DNA of 64,000 nucleotides from Clostridia bacterium (GCA_017541375.1 JAFXZE010000005.1:128153-192152); one strand, 5' to 3'; positions 18,650 through 28,796 are shown, counted from the stretch's first letter. The notes: generated by a model from the sequence alone, not told the origin. Numbers and translations are program-made.

Positions 18650-19446
18650 TTTCTACTCCTTGCTATTACAAATCTTTTAAACCCAAAATAATCCGATATT
18701 ATCTCACAATCAAAATCTTTATCAAAAATGTCTACTATTCTTTCTGCTTGAGTGTCGCCTACTTCCATAAATATCATTCCTCTAGGAGATAAATATGGCC
18801 TTACATTATCTTTTATACGTTTGTAAAAATCAAGTCCATCATCTCCACCAAACAATGCAATATGCGGCTCAAAATCTAATACACTAGATGGCAAAATCTC
18901 TTTTTCCTCCTCAGCAATGTATGGTGGATTTGTTACAATCACATCAAATTTGCCACTTACATTTTTAAATAAATCACCACAAATAAAATCCACTTGGGCA
19001 TTATTTATCACCGCATTTTGCTTGGCAACTTTGAGAGCTGCTTCACTAATATCAGTTGCCACGACTTTACAATTCAGTTGTGTAGCCAAAGCTACTGCAA
19101 TGCAACCGCTCCCAGTACACAAATCAAGTATGCGCAAGTTTTCACCACTGACTCTGTCAACAACTAATTCGCAAAGCTGCTCAGTTTCCGCTCTAGGAAT
19201 CAACACATCTGGCGTAACTAAAATTTTGCAATTCCAAAATGGCACATAGCCCAATATGTATCCTAATGGTTCACCTGATGATAGGCGCTTTATCCCCTTA
19301 TCTAGTGTAGAGACAAGTTGTGGTGTTAACTCTGTTTCCCCCCACAAAAAAGGTTCTACATTACTAACTTCCTTAATAAGCCAAGCTACATCTTGAGATT
19401 TACTTTTTTCGGAATTTACTTTTTGATAATATTCTTTTAAATTCAT
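18646..19446 (-). CDS. prmC: release-factor glutamine N5-methyltransferase
   Basis: NPPY motif (VTNPPYI). SAM-binding [10 protein letters not shown]. Sits upstream of and overlaps prfA. The start is ambiguous (ATG 19446 or GTG 19458). Confidence 0.85.
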   Translation of the reverse strand: MNLKEYYQKVNSEKSKSQDVAWLIKEVSNVEPFLWGETELTPQLVSTLDKGIKRLSSGEPLGYILGYVPFWNCKILVTPDVLIPRAETEQLCELVVDRVSGENLRILDLCTGSGCIAVALATQLNCKVVATDISEAALKVAKQNAVINNAQVDFICGDLFKNVSGKFDVIVTNPPYIAEEEKEILPSSVLDFEPHIALFGGDDGLDFYKRIKDNVRPYLSPRGMIFMEVGDTQAERIVDIFDKDFDCEIISDYFGFKRFVIARSRK

Positions 19447-19457
19447 TTTCCTTACCA

Positions 19458-19485
19458 CAAAAAAAGATGCCTCAATTTAGGCATC
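19458..19485 (-). terminator. rpmE terminator
   Basis: gatgcc/ggcatc stem followed by a U7 run on the minus strand, directly abutting the prmC start. Confidence 0.8.
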
Positions 19486-19494
19486 CAAATTTAA

Positions 19495-19728
19495 CTATGC
19501 AGCAGCTGCACCTGATTTATTTCCTGCTTGAATGTTGTACTTCTTGTTAAATTTTTCAACACGACCAGCAGCGTCCACAATCTTTTGGTTACCTGTAAAG
19601 AAAGGGTGACATTTGTTGCATATATCGATTTTCATGACATCACTTTTATATGTTGAACGTGTAGTAAAGTGTTCTCCACAAGCACACTCAACTTTCACTT
19701 CGTGATAGTTTGGGTGAATATCTTTCAT
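19495..19728 (-). CDS. rpmE: 50S ribosomal protein L31 (Zn-binding type A)
   Basis: [11 protein letters not shown]...CACGE...[19 protein letters not shown]. Confidence 0.95.
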   Translation of the reverse strand: MKDIHPNYHEVKVECACGEHFTTRSTYKSDVMKIDICNKCHPFFTGNQKIVDAAGRVEKFNKKYNIQAGNKSGAAAA

Positions 19729-19897
19729 TGTACTAGCTCCTCTTTATAAAATATTTAGTGAGTATATTTTACTACAAAATTCAAAAAAAATCAATAGTTT
19801 TTGCATAAGTTTTTTGTTAAAATTAACTTTATGTAATTCTATCCTATTGAGTTGACAAAAATATTATATAGTGGTAAAAAATAATAGGAGGCACATT

Positions 19898-20449
19898 ATG
19901 CAAACTGACTCACCAATAAAACAACTCACTACCCAAGAAAAAAAAGAGTTACTCGAAAACATTGCTATTAGCTTTTTTACAGAATATCCAGTTAGCAAAA
20001 AGTGTATCGAGGAACGAGAGAATTTAGAAAAAAACTCTATTTACCAAATAGTATTAGATAATCTTATATTTGGTAAAGGTAGTCAAATTAAATCAATTCG
20101 AGATACCTTAGATACACTGCTAAAACCAGGTAGATATAACTACCTCGACATCGCAAAAGTTCTTTACACACCGCAAAAAGTTGATGTTATGTTTGAAAAA
20201 GCCATTGAAAAAGCCTGCATTGAGGCAGATATCAAAAAAAATGAAACTATTGACAAGTGTTTTAAAATGCGAGATTACTTAAGAAACTGTCAAAAAGATG
20301 TATCAGACAACATTTCAGTTACTGATTCTAACAATCCTGCTGCTAGCATGTTAATTATGATTGCTGGAACTTACTGTTCGATGAAAAAATCTAATAACAC
20401 TAAAACAAGCACAAACACAAAGCAAACAAGCATTTTAGAATTTCAATAA
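19898..20449 (+). CDS. hypothetical protein (183 aa)
   Basis: TAGGAGG SD before ATG 19898; the GTG 19871 in the track lacks an SD. No motif recognised. Confidence 0.5.
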   Translation: MQTDSPIKQLTTQEKKELLENIAISFFTEYPVSKKCIEERENLEKNSIYQIVLDNLIFGKGSQIKSIRDTLDTLLKPGRYNYLDIAKVLYTPQKVDVMFEKAIEKACIEADIKKNETIDKCFKMRDYLRNCQKDVSDNISVTDSNNPAASMLIMIAGTYCSMKKSNNTKTSTNTKQTSILEFQ

Positions 20450-20450
20450 C

Positions 20451-20480
20451 AAAAACACACCGCTAACCAGTGTGTTTTTA
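20451..20480. terminator. intrinsic terminator (acacac...gtgtgt family, copy 1)
   Basis: aaaaacacac-cgctaacca-gtgtgttttt. Confidence 0.75.
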
Positions 20481-20534
20481 TTATACAAATATACTTTCAA
20501 TTAATAAATAATCAAAAGCAAATTAGCTCTTTAA

Positions 20535-21221
20535 TTATCTACTACGCTCAACCTCAGCATCACATTTTACCATTCTATTAGCTAATTTAAAAACATCATT
20601 TAAACTTGGTGTGCGTTTAGCTACTTTTTCCAAACGAGAGTATTCCTCTTCTTTTGCCCAATAATAAATATTATAATCTGTTAATTTAGAAACTTTATAA
20701 TCAGCCATCATCTCTGATAAATCAACATATCTAAAGTTCCCCCAAACAGGCCAATCCTTTATATCTGAAATTCTATTGTAATTAACTCCCCTTTGACCAA
20801 GTGGAACCCTTTCATATATAGGTGTAGTAGAATAAACCGGAACACATCCTTTTTTTGCTATACAAAAAGGGTGATCCTCTGTAGGCTTTGAGTAATCATA
20901 TAGAAAAATCTCTTGACCTGTTTCATTAGAATAAAACCTACTTTGCCTTTGCAAAAAAGGTCTAGTTATGTCTCGCTCTTCAGTCACATTCCATCCAATA
21001 TCTATCCTTGTATCATTCAACACTACAGAATACTCTTTTTTAGTGCGTAGGTCTTTAAATTTTCTATTATCTTCACTTATCAATACAGGCACAACCACAG
21101 CCCCATCGTCAAATTTTAAAAAACGAAGTCTTTCTATCTCTTCATTTGATAATTTTTTACTTGTTTCACTATCTTTTGTCGTTTTATCAGTAAAAAATTT
21201 TTTTATTTCACTAAAAACCAT
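20535..21221 (-). CDS. hypothetical protein (228 aa)
   Basis: GGAGGG SD before ATG 21221. The longer track ORF would run through its own promoter. No motif recognised. Confidence 0.55.
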   Translation of the reverse strand: MVFSEIKKFFTDKTTKDSETSKKLSNEEIERLRFLKFDDGAVVVPVLISEDNRKFKDLRTKKEYSVVLNDTRIDIGWNVTEERDITRPFLQRQSRFYSNETGQEIFLYDYSKPTEDHPFCIAKKGCVPVYSTTPIYERVPLGQRGVNYNRISDIKDWPVWGNFRYVDLSEMMADYKVSKLTDYNIYYWAKEEEYSRLEKVAKRTPSLNDVFKLANRMVKCDAEVERSR

Positions 21222-21248
21222 AACAATCCCTCCATATATACCGTGTAT

Positions 21249-21277
21249 ATTATACCACAAAAAGCAAAAAATGTCAA
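21249..21277 (-). promoter_or_regulatory. promoter (TTGACA-17-TGgTATAAT) on the minus strand
   Basis: -35 at 21272-21277, -10 at 21249-21254 (reverse complement). Confidence 0.6.
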
Positions 21278-21287
21278 TAATTTGGAA

Positions 21288-21325
21288 AAACCACACCGCT
21301 TTCTATGTGGTTTTACATTAGTGTG
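21288..21325. repeat. degenerate copy of the spoVG terminator module
   Basis: aaaaaccacaccgctttctatgtggttttacattagtg compared with aaaaacacaccgctttcgcggtgtgtttttacattagtg, which lies 96 bp away. Confidence 0.7.
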
Positions 21326-21383
21326 GATGTTATGCAAAAAAGCTTCGTCTCACGCCTCACTTTTTTGAGTCCGTGTTAATCAC

Positions 21384-21422
21384 AAAAACACACCGCTTTC
21401 GCGGTGTGTTTTTACATTAGTG
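21384..21422. terminator. spoVG terminator (perfect 9-bp stem) plus shared tacattagtg tail
   Basis: acacaccgc-tttc-gcggtgtgt flanked by A- and T-runs. Confidence 0.9.
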
Positions 21423-21429
21423 ACTAACA

Positions 21430-21702
21430 CTATTCAGCTGGAGCCTTGAGTGCTTTGTCGTACTCGGCAAGGATAAGTTTACTAATCTCGTCCCTTGTCT
21501 CGGTGTTTAGTGGGTGAACGATATCCTTAAAGTTCCCCTCTGGTGTCTTGCGACTAGGCATTGCTATAAACAAGCCTTGGTTGCCCTCAATGACCTTAAT
21601 GTCATGAACTGCAAAGCATTCGTCAATAGTGAGTGAAGCAACTGCTTTGAGTTTGTTGTCATCCTTCTTAACGATACGAATGCGAATGTCGGTAATTTTC
21701 AT
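21430..21702 (-). CDS. spoVG: septation regulator SpoVG
   Basis: [11 protein letters not shown]...[48 protein letters not shown] is the canonical SpoVG sequence pattern. Confidence 0.9.
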   Translation of the reverse strand: MKITDIRIRIVKKDDNKLKAVASLTIDECFAVHDIKVIEGNQGLFIAMPSRKTPEGNFKDIVHPLNTETRDEISKLILAEYDKALKAPAE

Positions 21703-21897
21703 CAAGTCGATGTACCATCCTTTTTCAAATTAGCCAAAAGTAGTATAGCCACTATTTAGCTTAAAATAAGTTTACACATTTAAAATCTAAATGTCAAATA
21801 AAATTATACCCTTTTTAAAAAATTTTTAGTAAAAACGGCATTTTTTTCTCAAAATTTTACATTTTTTTATGATTTTTATAAAAAAAACTATTAATTT

Positions 21898-21926
21898 TTG
21901 ACATATTTTCAAATTTATGCATAAGA
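21898..21926 (+). promoter_or_regulatory. candidate murC promoter (TTGACA-17-ATAAGA), predicting a TSS at or near the ATG
   Basis: -35 at 21898-21903, -10-like hexamer at 21921-21926. Only 7 nt separate it from ATG 21934, and there is no SD. Confidence 0.35.
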
Positions 21927-21933
21927 AAATACT

Positions 21934-23271
21934 ATGAAAAAACAGATTTTTTTTTACGGAATTGGGGGCATTAGTATGAGTGCTCTAGCCCACTTATCAA
22001 GCCCAAATAACACTATCTGGGGCTACGATGACAATCCAGAAAATTATGTACAATTAAAAAATTGTGCCATAAAAACATGTGACACTTTGGATTTTGAAAT
22101 AATCAAAAAATGCGACCTTGTAGTATATACATGCGCGATAAAAGAAATTACTAAGCTCAGAAAATTTTGTTCATCGCACAACATACAACTACTTGAAAGA
22201 GCTGAATATTTGGGTGAATTATCTAAACTTTATAGACAAGTCCTAGCTATTAGTGGCACTCACGGAAAAACGACTACAACGGCAATGATAGGTTCAATTT
22301 TTAATAATGCCCACCTCTCCCCCACAATACACATGGGTGGAATATCAAACGAGTGGCAACAAAACTATTTACTAGGAAATACAGATTATTTTATTACTGA
22401 AGCGTGCGAATACAACAAAAGTTTCTTACATCTCTTCCCCTCTACAAGTGTTATACTCAACATTGAAGCTGATCACCTCGACACCTATACAAATTTTGCT
22501 GAAATAAAATCAACTTTTATTCAATTTGCAAACCAAACCAAACAAAATTTAGTGATATGTGGGGATAGTTTAGATAAAAAATCATTTAATACTCCCAATA
22601 TTGTTACTTTTGGTTTTAAAAAAACAAATGATGTTTTCGCTACTAATCTAATGCAAAACAATGCTTGTTTTAGTTTCGATTGCATTGCTTTTGGAAAAAA
22701 CATCGGAAAGTTTTCTCTAAATATCATGGGAAAACACAACATACTCAATGCTCTAGCCAGCATTACTGTTGGTTTAATTTATCAAATCCCAGTATCAACT
22801 ATTCAAAATGCCCTGAAAAGTTTTTTGGGAGTGTACCGCAGACTTACTTTGCTAGCAAAAACGAAACTAGGCACGCACTATCACGATTATGCCCATCATC
22901 CTACAGAGATAAAAGCAACTCTTGATTCGTTAAACTGTCTCGCTCATAAAAAATTAATTGCAGTTTTTCAGCCTCACACATATACACGCACACATTCACT
23001 TATGGACGAATTTGTAACTTGCTTTGATAATTGCGACTATCTTTATATCCTCCCAACATATCCTGCCCGAGAAAAATATATCGCAGGCGGTGATGCAATT
23101 GACCTTTTTTATAATATGAATGGAAGAGTAGATTGTCAATATTTTTCTAATATCGAGAGCCTATATTATGAACTCGAAAAAAACTTATGCCCGCACGACA
23201 TAATAGTTTGGCTTGGGGCTGGAGATATCGATAAATTTGCAAAAGAATTTGTACAAAAAAATAAGCCCTAG
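21934..23271 (+). CDS. murC: UDP-N-acetylmuramate--L-alanine ligase
   Basis: FYGIGGISMSALA N-terminus. ISGTHGKTTTTAMI P-loop. Mur ligase central and C-terminal pattern. Confidence 0.9.
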   Translation: MKKQIFFYGIGGISMSALAHLSSPNNTIWGYDDNPENYVQLKNCAIKTCDTLDFEIIKKCDLVVYTCAIKEITKLRKFCSSHNIQLLERAEYLGELSKLYRQVLAISGTHGKTTTTAMIGSIFNNAHLSPTIHMGGISNEWQQNYLLGNTDYFITEACEYNKSFLHLFPSTSVILNIEADHLDTYTNFAEIKSTFIQFANQTKQNLVICGDSLDKKSFNTPNIVTFGFKKTNDVFATNLMQNNACFSFDCIAFGKNIGKFSLNIMGKHNILNALASITVGLIYQIPVSTIQNALKSFLGVYRRLTLLAKTKLGTHYHDYAHHPTEIKATLDSLNCLAHKKLIAVFQPHTYTRTHSLMDEFVTCFDNCDYLYILPTYPAREKYIAGGDAIDLFYNMNGRVDCQYFSNIESLYYELEKNLCPHDIIVWLGAGDIDKFAKEFVQKNKP

Positions 23272-23290
23272 TTTCCTAGAGTTTATCTTT

Positions 23291-23770
23291 TTACTTTTTT
23301 GACACCAATTGCTTTGCTGAATATGCTTTAAATAGTGCACTAACTACAGCCAAAACTAACAATACAATCAAAGCATATGCAATACCTAATCCATCAGTTG
23401 TAATTACGGTAATTAAATAATAAACCATAATACCTATCCAAGCTAAAGCTGTAATTAATTGAATAAACGCGCGAAGCTTACCAAATTTTCCCCACAGAGG
23501 GAAGCAGAATGCCAAACCTGTGTCTATTAAATCCCATGCAATAATAGCTACACCAATTATTGCGAAAATTACATCAATGGCATCTTTTTGGAATAAATCA
23601 AAAAATGTTGATTCGGTTTTTCCTCCTATTGTATTCCACACTGAGTCCACTGTTGCATTACCAAAACCAAAATAAATCATCGGCAGAAAGAAGAATACAA
23701 ATGTTGCAACGCCACATAATACAATCAACAAATTAACAAGCGATACATTGTTATTTTTAGACTTTGACAT
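23291..23770 (-). CDS. small polytopic membrane protein
   Basis: AAGGAG SD before ATG 23770 (MSKSKNNN...). 4-5 TM helices. Confidence 0.55.
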   Translation of the reverse strand: MSKSKNNNVSLVNLLIVLCGVATFVFFFLPMIYFGFGNATVDSVWNTIGGKTESTFFDLFQKDAIDVIFAIIGVAIIAWDLIDTGLAFCFPLWGKFGKLRAFIQLITALAWIGIMVYYLITVITTDGLGIAYALIVLLVLAVVSALFKAYSAKQLVSKK

Positions 23771-23868
23771 AGAAAACTCCTTTATTAAAATTGAAAAACT
23801 AATACAATTTTTCGTATTAATTTTATCAAATTTGTTTTTTTTAATCAACTAAATAAATATAAAATATT

Positions 23869-25458
23869 CTAATTTTCTACTTTTTTTGACAAATATTCTT
23901 CATAATCGCACATTCTATCAATTAATTTGCCATCTTTTATCTCGAAAACACGGTTTGCCACACTTTCTGCTAGCTCATGGTCATGAGTACTAAATATCAT
24001 TGCCCCTTTAAAGTCGGTCATTCCTTCGTTGAGTGCTGTAATACTTTCTAGATCAAGATGATTCGTTGGTTGATCCAAAATCAAAAAGTTTGCCCCCATA
24101 ACCATTAGTCTAGAGAGCATACATCTCACCTTTTCTCCACCTGACAACACTTTTACTTTTTTTAATCCATCGTCGCCGCTAAATAACATTCTTCCCAAAA
24201 AGCCTCGTAGGTAAGTGCTATCCTTTTCCTTACTAAATTGAGCTAGCCACTCGATAATATTGAAGTCATTTTTAAAATAGCTGGCAGTATCTTTTGGTAA
24301 ATCACCTTTATTTACAGTTGTTCCCCATTTAACAGTGCCTGTATAGTCAGTAATTTCGCCACCTAAAATGCCTAGCAAAGCACTGACTGCATTTTCATTA
24401 GCACCTAGCACAATAACTTTATCTTCTCGCCCTATTCTAAAAGAAATATCATCGATAAGAACTTTTCCATCGTGTTCATAATGCAATTTATTAACTTCTA
24501 CTATGTCTTTCCCTAGTTCACGCTCGTACTTAAAGTTGATATATGGGTATTTTCGATTGGATACAGGCAAATCTTCAATCTGGATTTTATCTAACATTTT
24601 CTTCCTGCTAGTTGCCTGTTTGGCCAACGATTTTTTTGCACCAAACCTACGAATAAACTCTTTTAATTCTTCAATTTTTTCTTCTTTCTTTTTGTTTTGT
24701 TGCTTGATTTGTTGTTGCATCAACTGACTGGATTCATACCAAAAATCGTAGTTCCCTGGCCACATGGATATTTTACCAAAATCTATATCAACGGTGTAAG
24801 TACACACAGTATTTAGAAAGTGTCTATCATGCGACACAACAATGACTGTACCCTCGTAGTCCATAATAAAATCCTGCAACCACTCAATACTTTTGTAATC
24901 CATGTGGTTGGTCGGCTCATCAAGAAGCAATATATCCGGAGTACCAAAAAGAGCCTGTGCAAGCATTACTTTGACCTTGATAGCACCATTTTGCTCACTC
25001 ATTTTTCCGTAATGCAAACTCTCTGGCACACCCAAACCATTGAGAAGCTTACCCGCATCATACTCAGCATCCCAGCCCCCCATTTCCGCAAATTCCCCCT
25101 CGAGTTCTGCTGCTTTCATTCCATCTTCATCGTTAAAATCTGGTTTTGCGTACAGAGCATCTTTTTCTTTCATAATGTCATAAAGTCGCTTATTCCCCAT
25201 TATTACCGTATCCATAACAGTAAATTCATCAAAAGCAAAGTGATCCTGACGCAATACCGACATTCGCTCATTGGCAGGGATTTCAATGCTACCTTTACTA
25301 GCCTCCAATTCACCACTAAGAAGTTTCAAAAAAGTGGACTTTCCAGCACCATTTGCACCAATCACTCCATAACAGTTTCCAGGAGTAAACTTTAAATTTA
25401 CATCTTTAAATAATGGAGCACCACCAAAAGATAGCTCTAAATCTGTAATCGTTATCAT
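23869..25458 (-). CDS. ABC-F family ATPase (YbiT-like, no TM domain)
   Basis: Two ABC cassettes (GANGAGKST / LSGGEKVR and others). The N-terminus aligns by eye with E. coli YbiT (LFKDVNLKF..GN.YGVIGANGAGKSTF...RQDHFAFDEFTVMDTVIMG). Confidence 0.9.
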   Translation of the reverse strand: MITITDLELSFGGAPLFKDVNLKFTPGNCYGVIGANGAGKSTFLKLLSGELEASKGSIEIPANERMSVLRQDHFAFDEFTVMDTVIMGNKRLYDIMKEKDALYAKPDFNDEDGMKAAELEGEFAEMGGWDAEYDAGKLLNGLGVPESLHYGKMSEQNGAIKVKVMLAQALFGTPDILLLDEPTNHMDYKSIEWLQDFIMDYEGTVIVVSHDRHFLNTVCTYTVDIDFGKISMWPGNYDFWYESSQLMQQQIKQQNKKKEEKIEELKEFIRRFGAKKSLAKQATSRKKMLDKIQIEDLPVSNRKYPYINFKYERELGKDIVEVNKLHYEHDGKVLIDDISFRIGREDKVIVLGANENAVSALLGILGGEITDYTGTVKWGTTVNKGDLPKDTASYFKNDFNIIEWLAQFSKEKDSTYLRGFLGRMLFSGDDGLKKVKVLSGGEKVRCMLSRLMVMGANFLILDQPTNHLDLESITALNEGMTDFKGAMIFSTHDHELAESVANRVFEIKDGKLIDRMCDYEEYLSKKVEN

Positions 25459-25477
25459 ATCTCTCTCCTTTTAGTAA

Positions 25478-25508
25478 AAATGATTTTAGTGTTACGCTAA
25501 AATCATTT
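25478..25508 (-). terminator. aspS terminator (12-bp stem) immediately upstream of the ABC-F start
   Basis: aaatgattttag-tgttacg-ctaaaatcattt. Confidence 0.65.
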
Positions 25509-25511
25509 GTT

Positions 25512-27263
25512 TTATTTACCTTTTTTGATATCCACTTTTATGTGAACCTCTTCTAATTGCTTATTACTTACTTCCCCTGGAGCACCTGTAAGCGGATCGA
25601 AAGCAGATTTATTGAGAGGAAATGGAATAACTTCCTTAATATTTTCCTCATCAAGAAGAAGCATCAGCGTACGCTCAATCCCTGGAGCCATACCAGAGTG
25701 TGGTGGAGCACCGTATTGAAAAGCCTCATACATAGCCCCAAATTTTTCACGTACAACCTCAGGGCCATATCCCACAAGCGCAAACATCTTTTCCATTACT
25801 CTACAATCATGGTTTCTGACAGCACCACTAGCTACTTCATATCCATTACATACTAAATCCCACTGATCTGCATGAATCTCGAGTGGATCAAGCTTGAACG
25901 CATCCATTCCGCCTTTAGGTTGAGAGAATGGATTGTGCGCAAAATCAAGCTTGCCATCGTCTGTAAGCTCATACAGAGGGAAATCTACTATCCAACAAAA
26001 TTCCACCTTGTTTGGGTCACAAAGTTTGAGCTCATCCCCTAGGAAGTTACGCAACATTCCACTAAGTTTAGTCGCAATACGCGCCTTGTTTGCAATAAGG
26101 AAAATACTTGTACCTTCCTTTGCACCCAAAATCTGAGTTAAACCTTTCTTCTCTTCATCACTCAAGAATTTGGCTATAGGACTATTAAATTCCCCCTTAG
26201 CCTCAACCTTTATCCAAGCCAATCCCTTACTCCCCACCTCAACCATTTTATCGGTCAGTGTGTCATAAAAACTACGAGGCTTGCCAGCAATGTCGTGCAC
26301 TGCAATAGCCTTTACTGTACTTCCCTTAAACGCATTGAAATTAGTATTAGCAAAAACCTTAGTTACATCCTTTATAATAAGTGGGTTACGTAAATCAGGC
26401 TTATCAGTACCATACATCTCCATACTCTCATTATATGGAATGCGTCTAAATGGTGCCTTACTCATCTTTTTCTTACTAAATTTTTTGAATATGTCGGTAT
26501 AAATCTTTTCTCCAATCTCAAACCAGTCTTCCTGAGTAGAGAAAGCCATTTCCATATCTAATTGATAAAATTCACCAGCAGCTCGGTCTGCCCTAGCATC
26601 CTCATCTCTAAAACATGGAGCAATCTGGAAATAACGGTCAAATCCACCAATCATAAGCAATTGCTTAAACATCTGTGGAGACTGTGGTAACGCATAAAAC
26701 TTGCCTGGATGCTGTCTTGCTGGCACCAGAAAGTCTCTCGCCCCCTCAGGACTGCTCACCGTAAGGATAGGAGTTGTGATTTCCAAAAATCCAAGATCCT
26801 CCATCTCTTTACGAATAAAACTAATCACCTTACTACGGAAAATAATGTGGTTGTGTAATTCTGGATCACGTAAATCCAAATATCTATATTTAAGACGCAC
26901 ATCTTCACGTACTCCCTTACTCTCACCTACCTCAAATGGAAGTGGACGAGTTACCGGACCTAACAAATCTAGTTTATCCACAACTACTTCGACCTCTCCA
27001 GTAGCGAGTTTCGGATTGACATTTCCTTCTCCACGAGAAGTAACTTTTCCAGTAACTGATATAACAGCCTCTTTGGTTACCCCTTTTATAAGTGCATCGT
27101 TTTCAACAACAACCTGCACAATACCAGTTTCATCACGCAAATCTATAAAAGTAATACCACCATGATCACGAATAGTGGACACCCATCCAGCCACTTGGAT
27201 AGTTTTACCAACCTGTTTTTTGTTTACATCATTACAATGCTCACATCTATATGTGTCTTGCAT
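25512..27263 (-). CDS. aspS: aspartate--tRNA ligase (bacterial type with insertion domain)
   Basis: OB-fold N-terminus (VAGWVSTIRDHGGITFIDLRD). Class II motifs FRDED, GGFDRYFQIAPCFR and GAPPHSGMAPGIER. AAGGAG SD before ATG 27263. Confidence 0.95.
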   Translation of the reverse strand: MQDTYRCEHCNDVNKKQVGKTIQVAGWVSTIRDHGGITFIDLRDETGIVQVVVENDALIKGVTKEAVISVTGKVTSRGEGNVNPKLATGEVEVVVDKLDLLGPVTRPLPFEVGESKGVREDVRLKYRYLDLRDPELHNHIIFRSKVISFIRKEMEDLGFLEITTPILTVSSPEGARDFLVPARQHPGKFYALPQSPQMFKQLLMIGGFDRYFQIAPCFRDEDARADRAAGEFYQLDMEMAFSTQEDWFEIGEKIYTDIFKKFSKKKMSKAPFRRIPYNESMEMYGTDKPDLRNPLIIKDVTKVFANTNFNAFKGSTVKAIAVHDIAGKPRSFYDTLTDKMVEVGSKGLAWIKVEAKGEFNSPIAKFLSDEEKKGLTQILGAKEGTSIFLIANKARIATKLSGMLRNFLGDELKLCDPNKVEFCWIVDFPLYELTDDGKLDFAHNPFSQPKGGMDAFKLDPLEIHADQWDLVCNGYEVASGAVRNHDCRVMEKMFALVGYGPEVVREKFGAMYEAFQYGAPPHSGMAPGIERTLMLLLDEENIKEVIPFPLNKSAFDPLTGAPGEVSNKQLEEVHIKVDIKKGK

Positions 27264-27360
27264 ATTTTTCTCCTTAAACTTTGTCTTCAAATTATATCGC
27301 ATTTATAGAAAAAATTCAAGTATTTTACTCGCTTTTTTACTAAAATTACTTGAATTTTCG

Positions 27361-28713
27361 TTATTGTTTATTTGTATAAGAAATGTTTTCGTTATCTTGT
27401 ATTTGAGTCAGGTTATCATCTTTTGATTTTTTCGTAGGTTTTTTGTAAAACATAAAGCAAATTATTGCCAAAAGAGTTACAACTGCCGCATAGATAAACA
27501 AGATTTCATACCCTCTTCTAGTAATGAAAATACTAGCTAAAATTGGAGCTAAGCAGTAAGCTAAAGTTTTGAAAAAATAATATTGAGCAGTGAATTTTGC
27601 CAAGTTTTTTTCAGTAGCAAATTCCACAACCATCGGATAACTCACCACATTAATTATTGCCCACCCAGCCCCCGCAAAAGCAAAAGCTATATAAAATAGC
27701 CAAGGAGTCTTTATAAAACAAGCTGCTAAGAAAGGAACAAATATCAATATCAGTCCCAATATAATGGTAGCTTTACGCCCTATTTTGTTAGCCAAATTGC
27801 CCGCTGGTAACATACTAAGCATACCAAAAACCGTCAAAGATATAGTGACTATTCCCCACCAACCAGTATCTACATCCAATACTTCTAGTCCAAAAACCGC
27901 ACCATAGTTTTGCACCGCAGCAAAAGAAAGATTCCAAAAAAATATAGCTAATAATATTAACGTCAAATTTCGTTTATCAAACTTTGATAACTTAATTTCG
28001 TCAGTTACGTTGGTATCTATCTCGGCCAATTTTTCGCCAACTAACATATCATTCTTTACTTCGCTAGCTAATTTATTTTCCTTTATCTTTAACACCATCA
28101 CGATTAAAAATGCCACCATAAGCACAGCTGTAACTACAAAAGGCACCCAAATTGTAGCTGGATTATATGATAAAAGGCCATCAGTCCCCAACTTGGCTGG
28201 AAAAATTATCGCCATAATTCCTACAAAAATTATACCAATATATCCCATCAAGTCCACAAATCCGCTAGCTTTGTTTCGTAAAGGTTTTGGAGTAATGTCT
28301 GGCATAAGTGCAACCATAGGTACTCGATAAGTGTCTGTTATCACAACCACTACTTGTAATACCAATACAAACCACAAGATGTTATTTGCCATATACAAAA
28401 ATGGTAACAGTGGCAACAAAATTGCTGTCAAAATTGTCCCCAATATAATATAAGGCATGCGTTTACCCAAGCGAGATTTAGTTTTATCTGACAAATATGA
28501 TATAAGCGGAGCACACACTAGAGTAAAAAAATTTCCAGCCCCCAAAATGATACCTACCAAGTGAGTGTGGTCTGATGGTATACCTCCATAACGTTTCACA
28601 AACAAATCACTCAAAAAAACAGACATGTATGTTTCTAATACCTGAAAAACTATAAATATGCCCATCACGCCAAGGCTGGTATAAAATGTCCGCTTATAGT
28701 CTAATCGTAACAT
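27361..28713 (-). CDS. MFS transporter (GPH/SLC45-like)
   Basis: 12 TM helices. SYLSDKTKSRLGKRMPYI loop motif. GGAGG SD. Confidence 0.8.
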   Translation of the reverse strand: MLRLDYKRTFYTSLGVMGIFIVFQVLETYMSVFLSDLFVKRYGGIPSDHTHLVGIILGAGNFFTLVCAPLISYLSDKTKSRLGKRMPYIILGTILTAILLPLLPFLYMANNILWFVLVLQVVVVITDTYRVPMVALMPDITPKPLRNKASGFVDLMGYIGIIFVGIMAIIFPAKLGTDGLLSYNPATIWVPFVVTAVLMVAFLIVMVLKIKENKLASEVKNDMLVGEKLAEIDTNVTDEIKLSKFDKRNLTLILLAIFFWNLSFAAVQNYGAVFGLEVLDVDTGWWGIVTISLTVFGMLSMLPAGNLANKIGRKATIILGLILIFVPFLAACFIKTPWLFYIAFAFAGAGWAIINVVSYPMVVEFATEKNLAKFTAQYYFFKTLAYCLAPILASIFITRRGYEILFIYAAVVTLLAIICFMFYKKPTKKSKDDNLTQIQDNENISYTNKQ

Positions 28714-28759
28714 ATTTCCTCCGTTTTTATTATAATAAAAATTACCTTATTAGTCAAAT

Positions 28760-28796
28760 AAAAAATAGACATTCGATTGAATGTCTATCTTTTTTA
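28760..28796. terminator. intrinsic terminator of the dockerin-repeat gene
   Basis: atagacattc-gatt-gaatgtctat flanked by A- and T-runs. Confidence 0.85.

Noticed and set aside
21222-21296. N-terminal extension (MWFFQIIDIFCFLWYNIHGIYGGIV) of the 253-aa track ORF
   Set aside because: The extension overlaps the gene's own TTGACA-17-TATAAT promoter, and the internal ATG 21221 has a GGAGGG SD.
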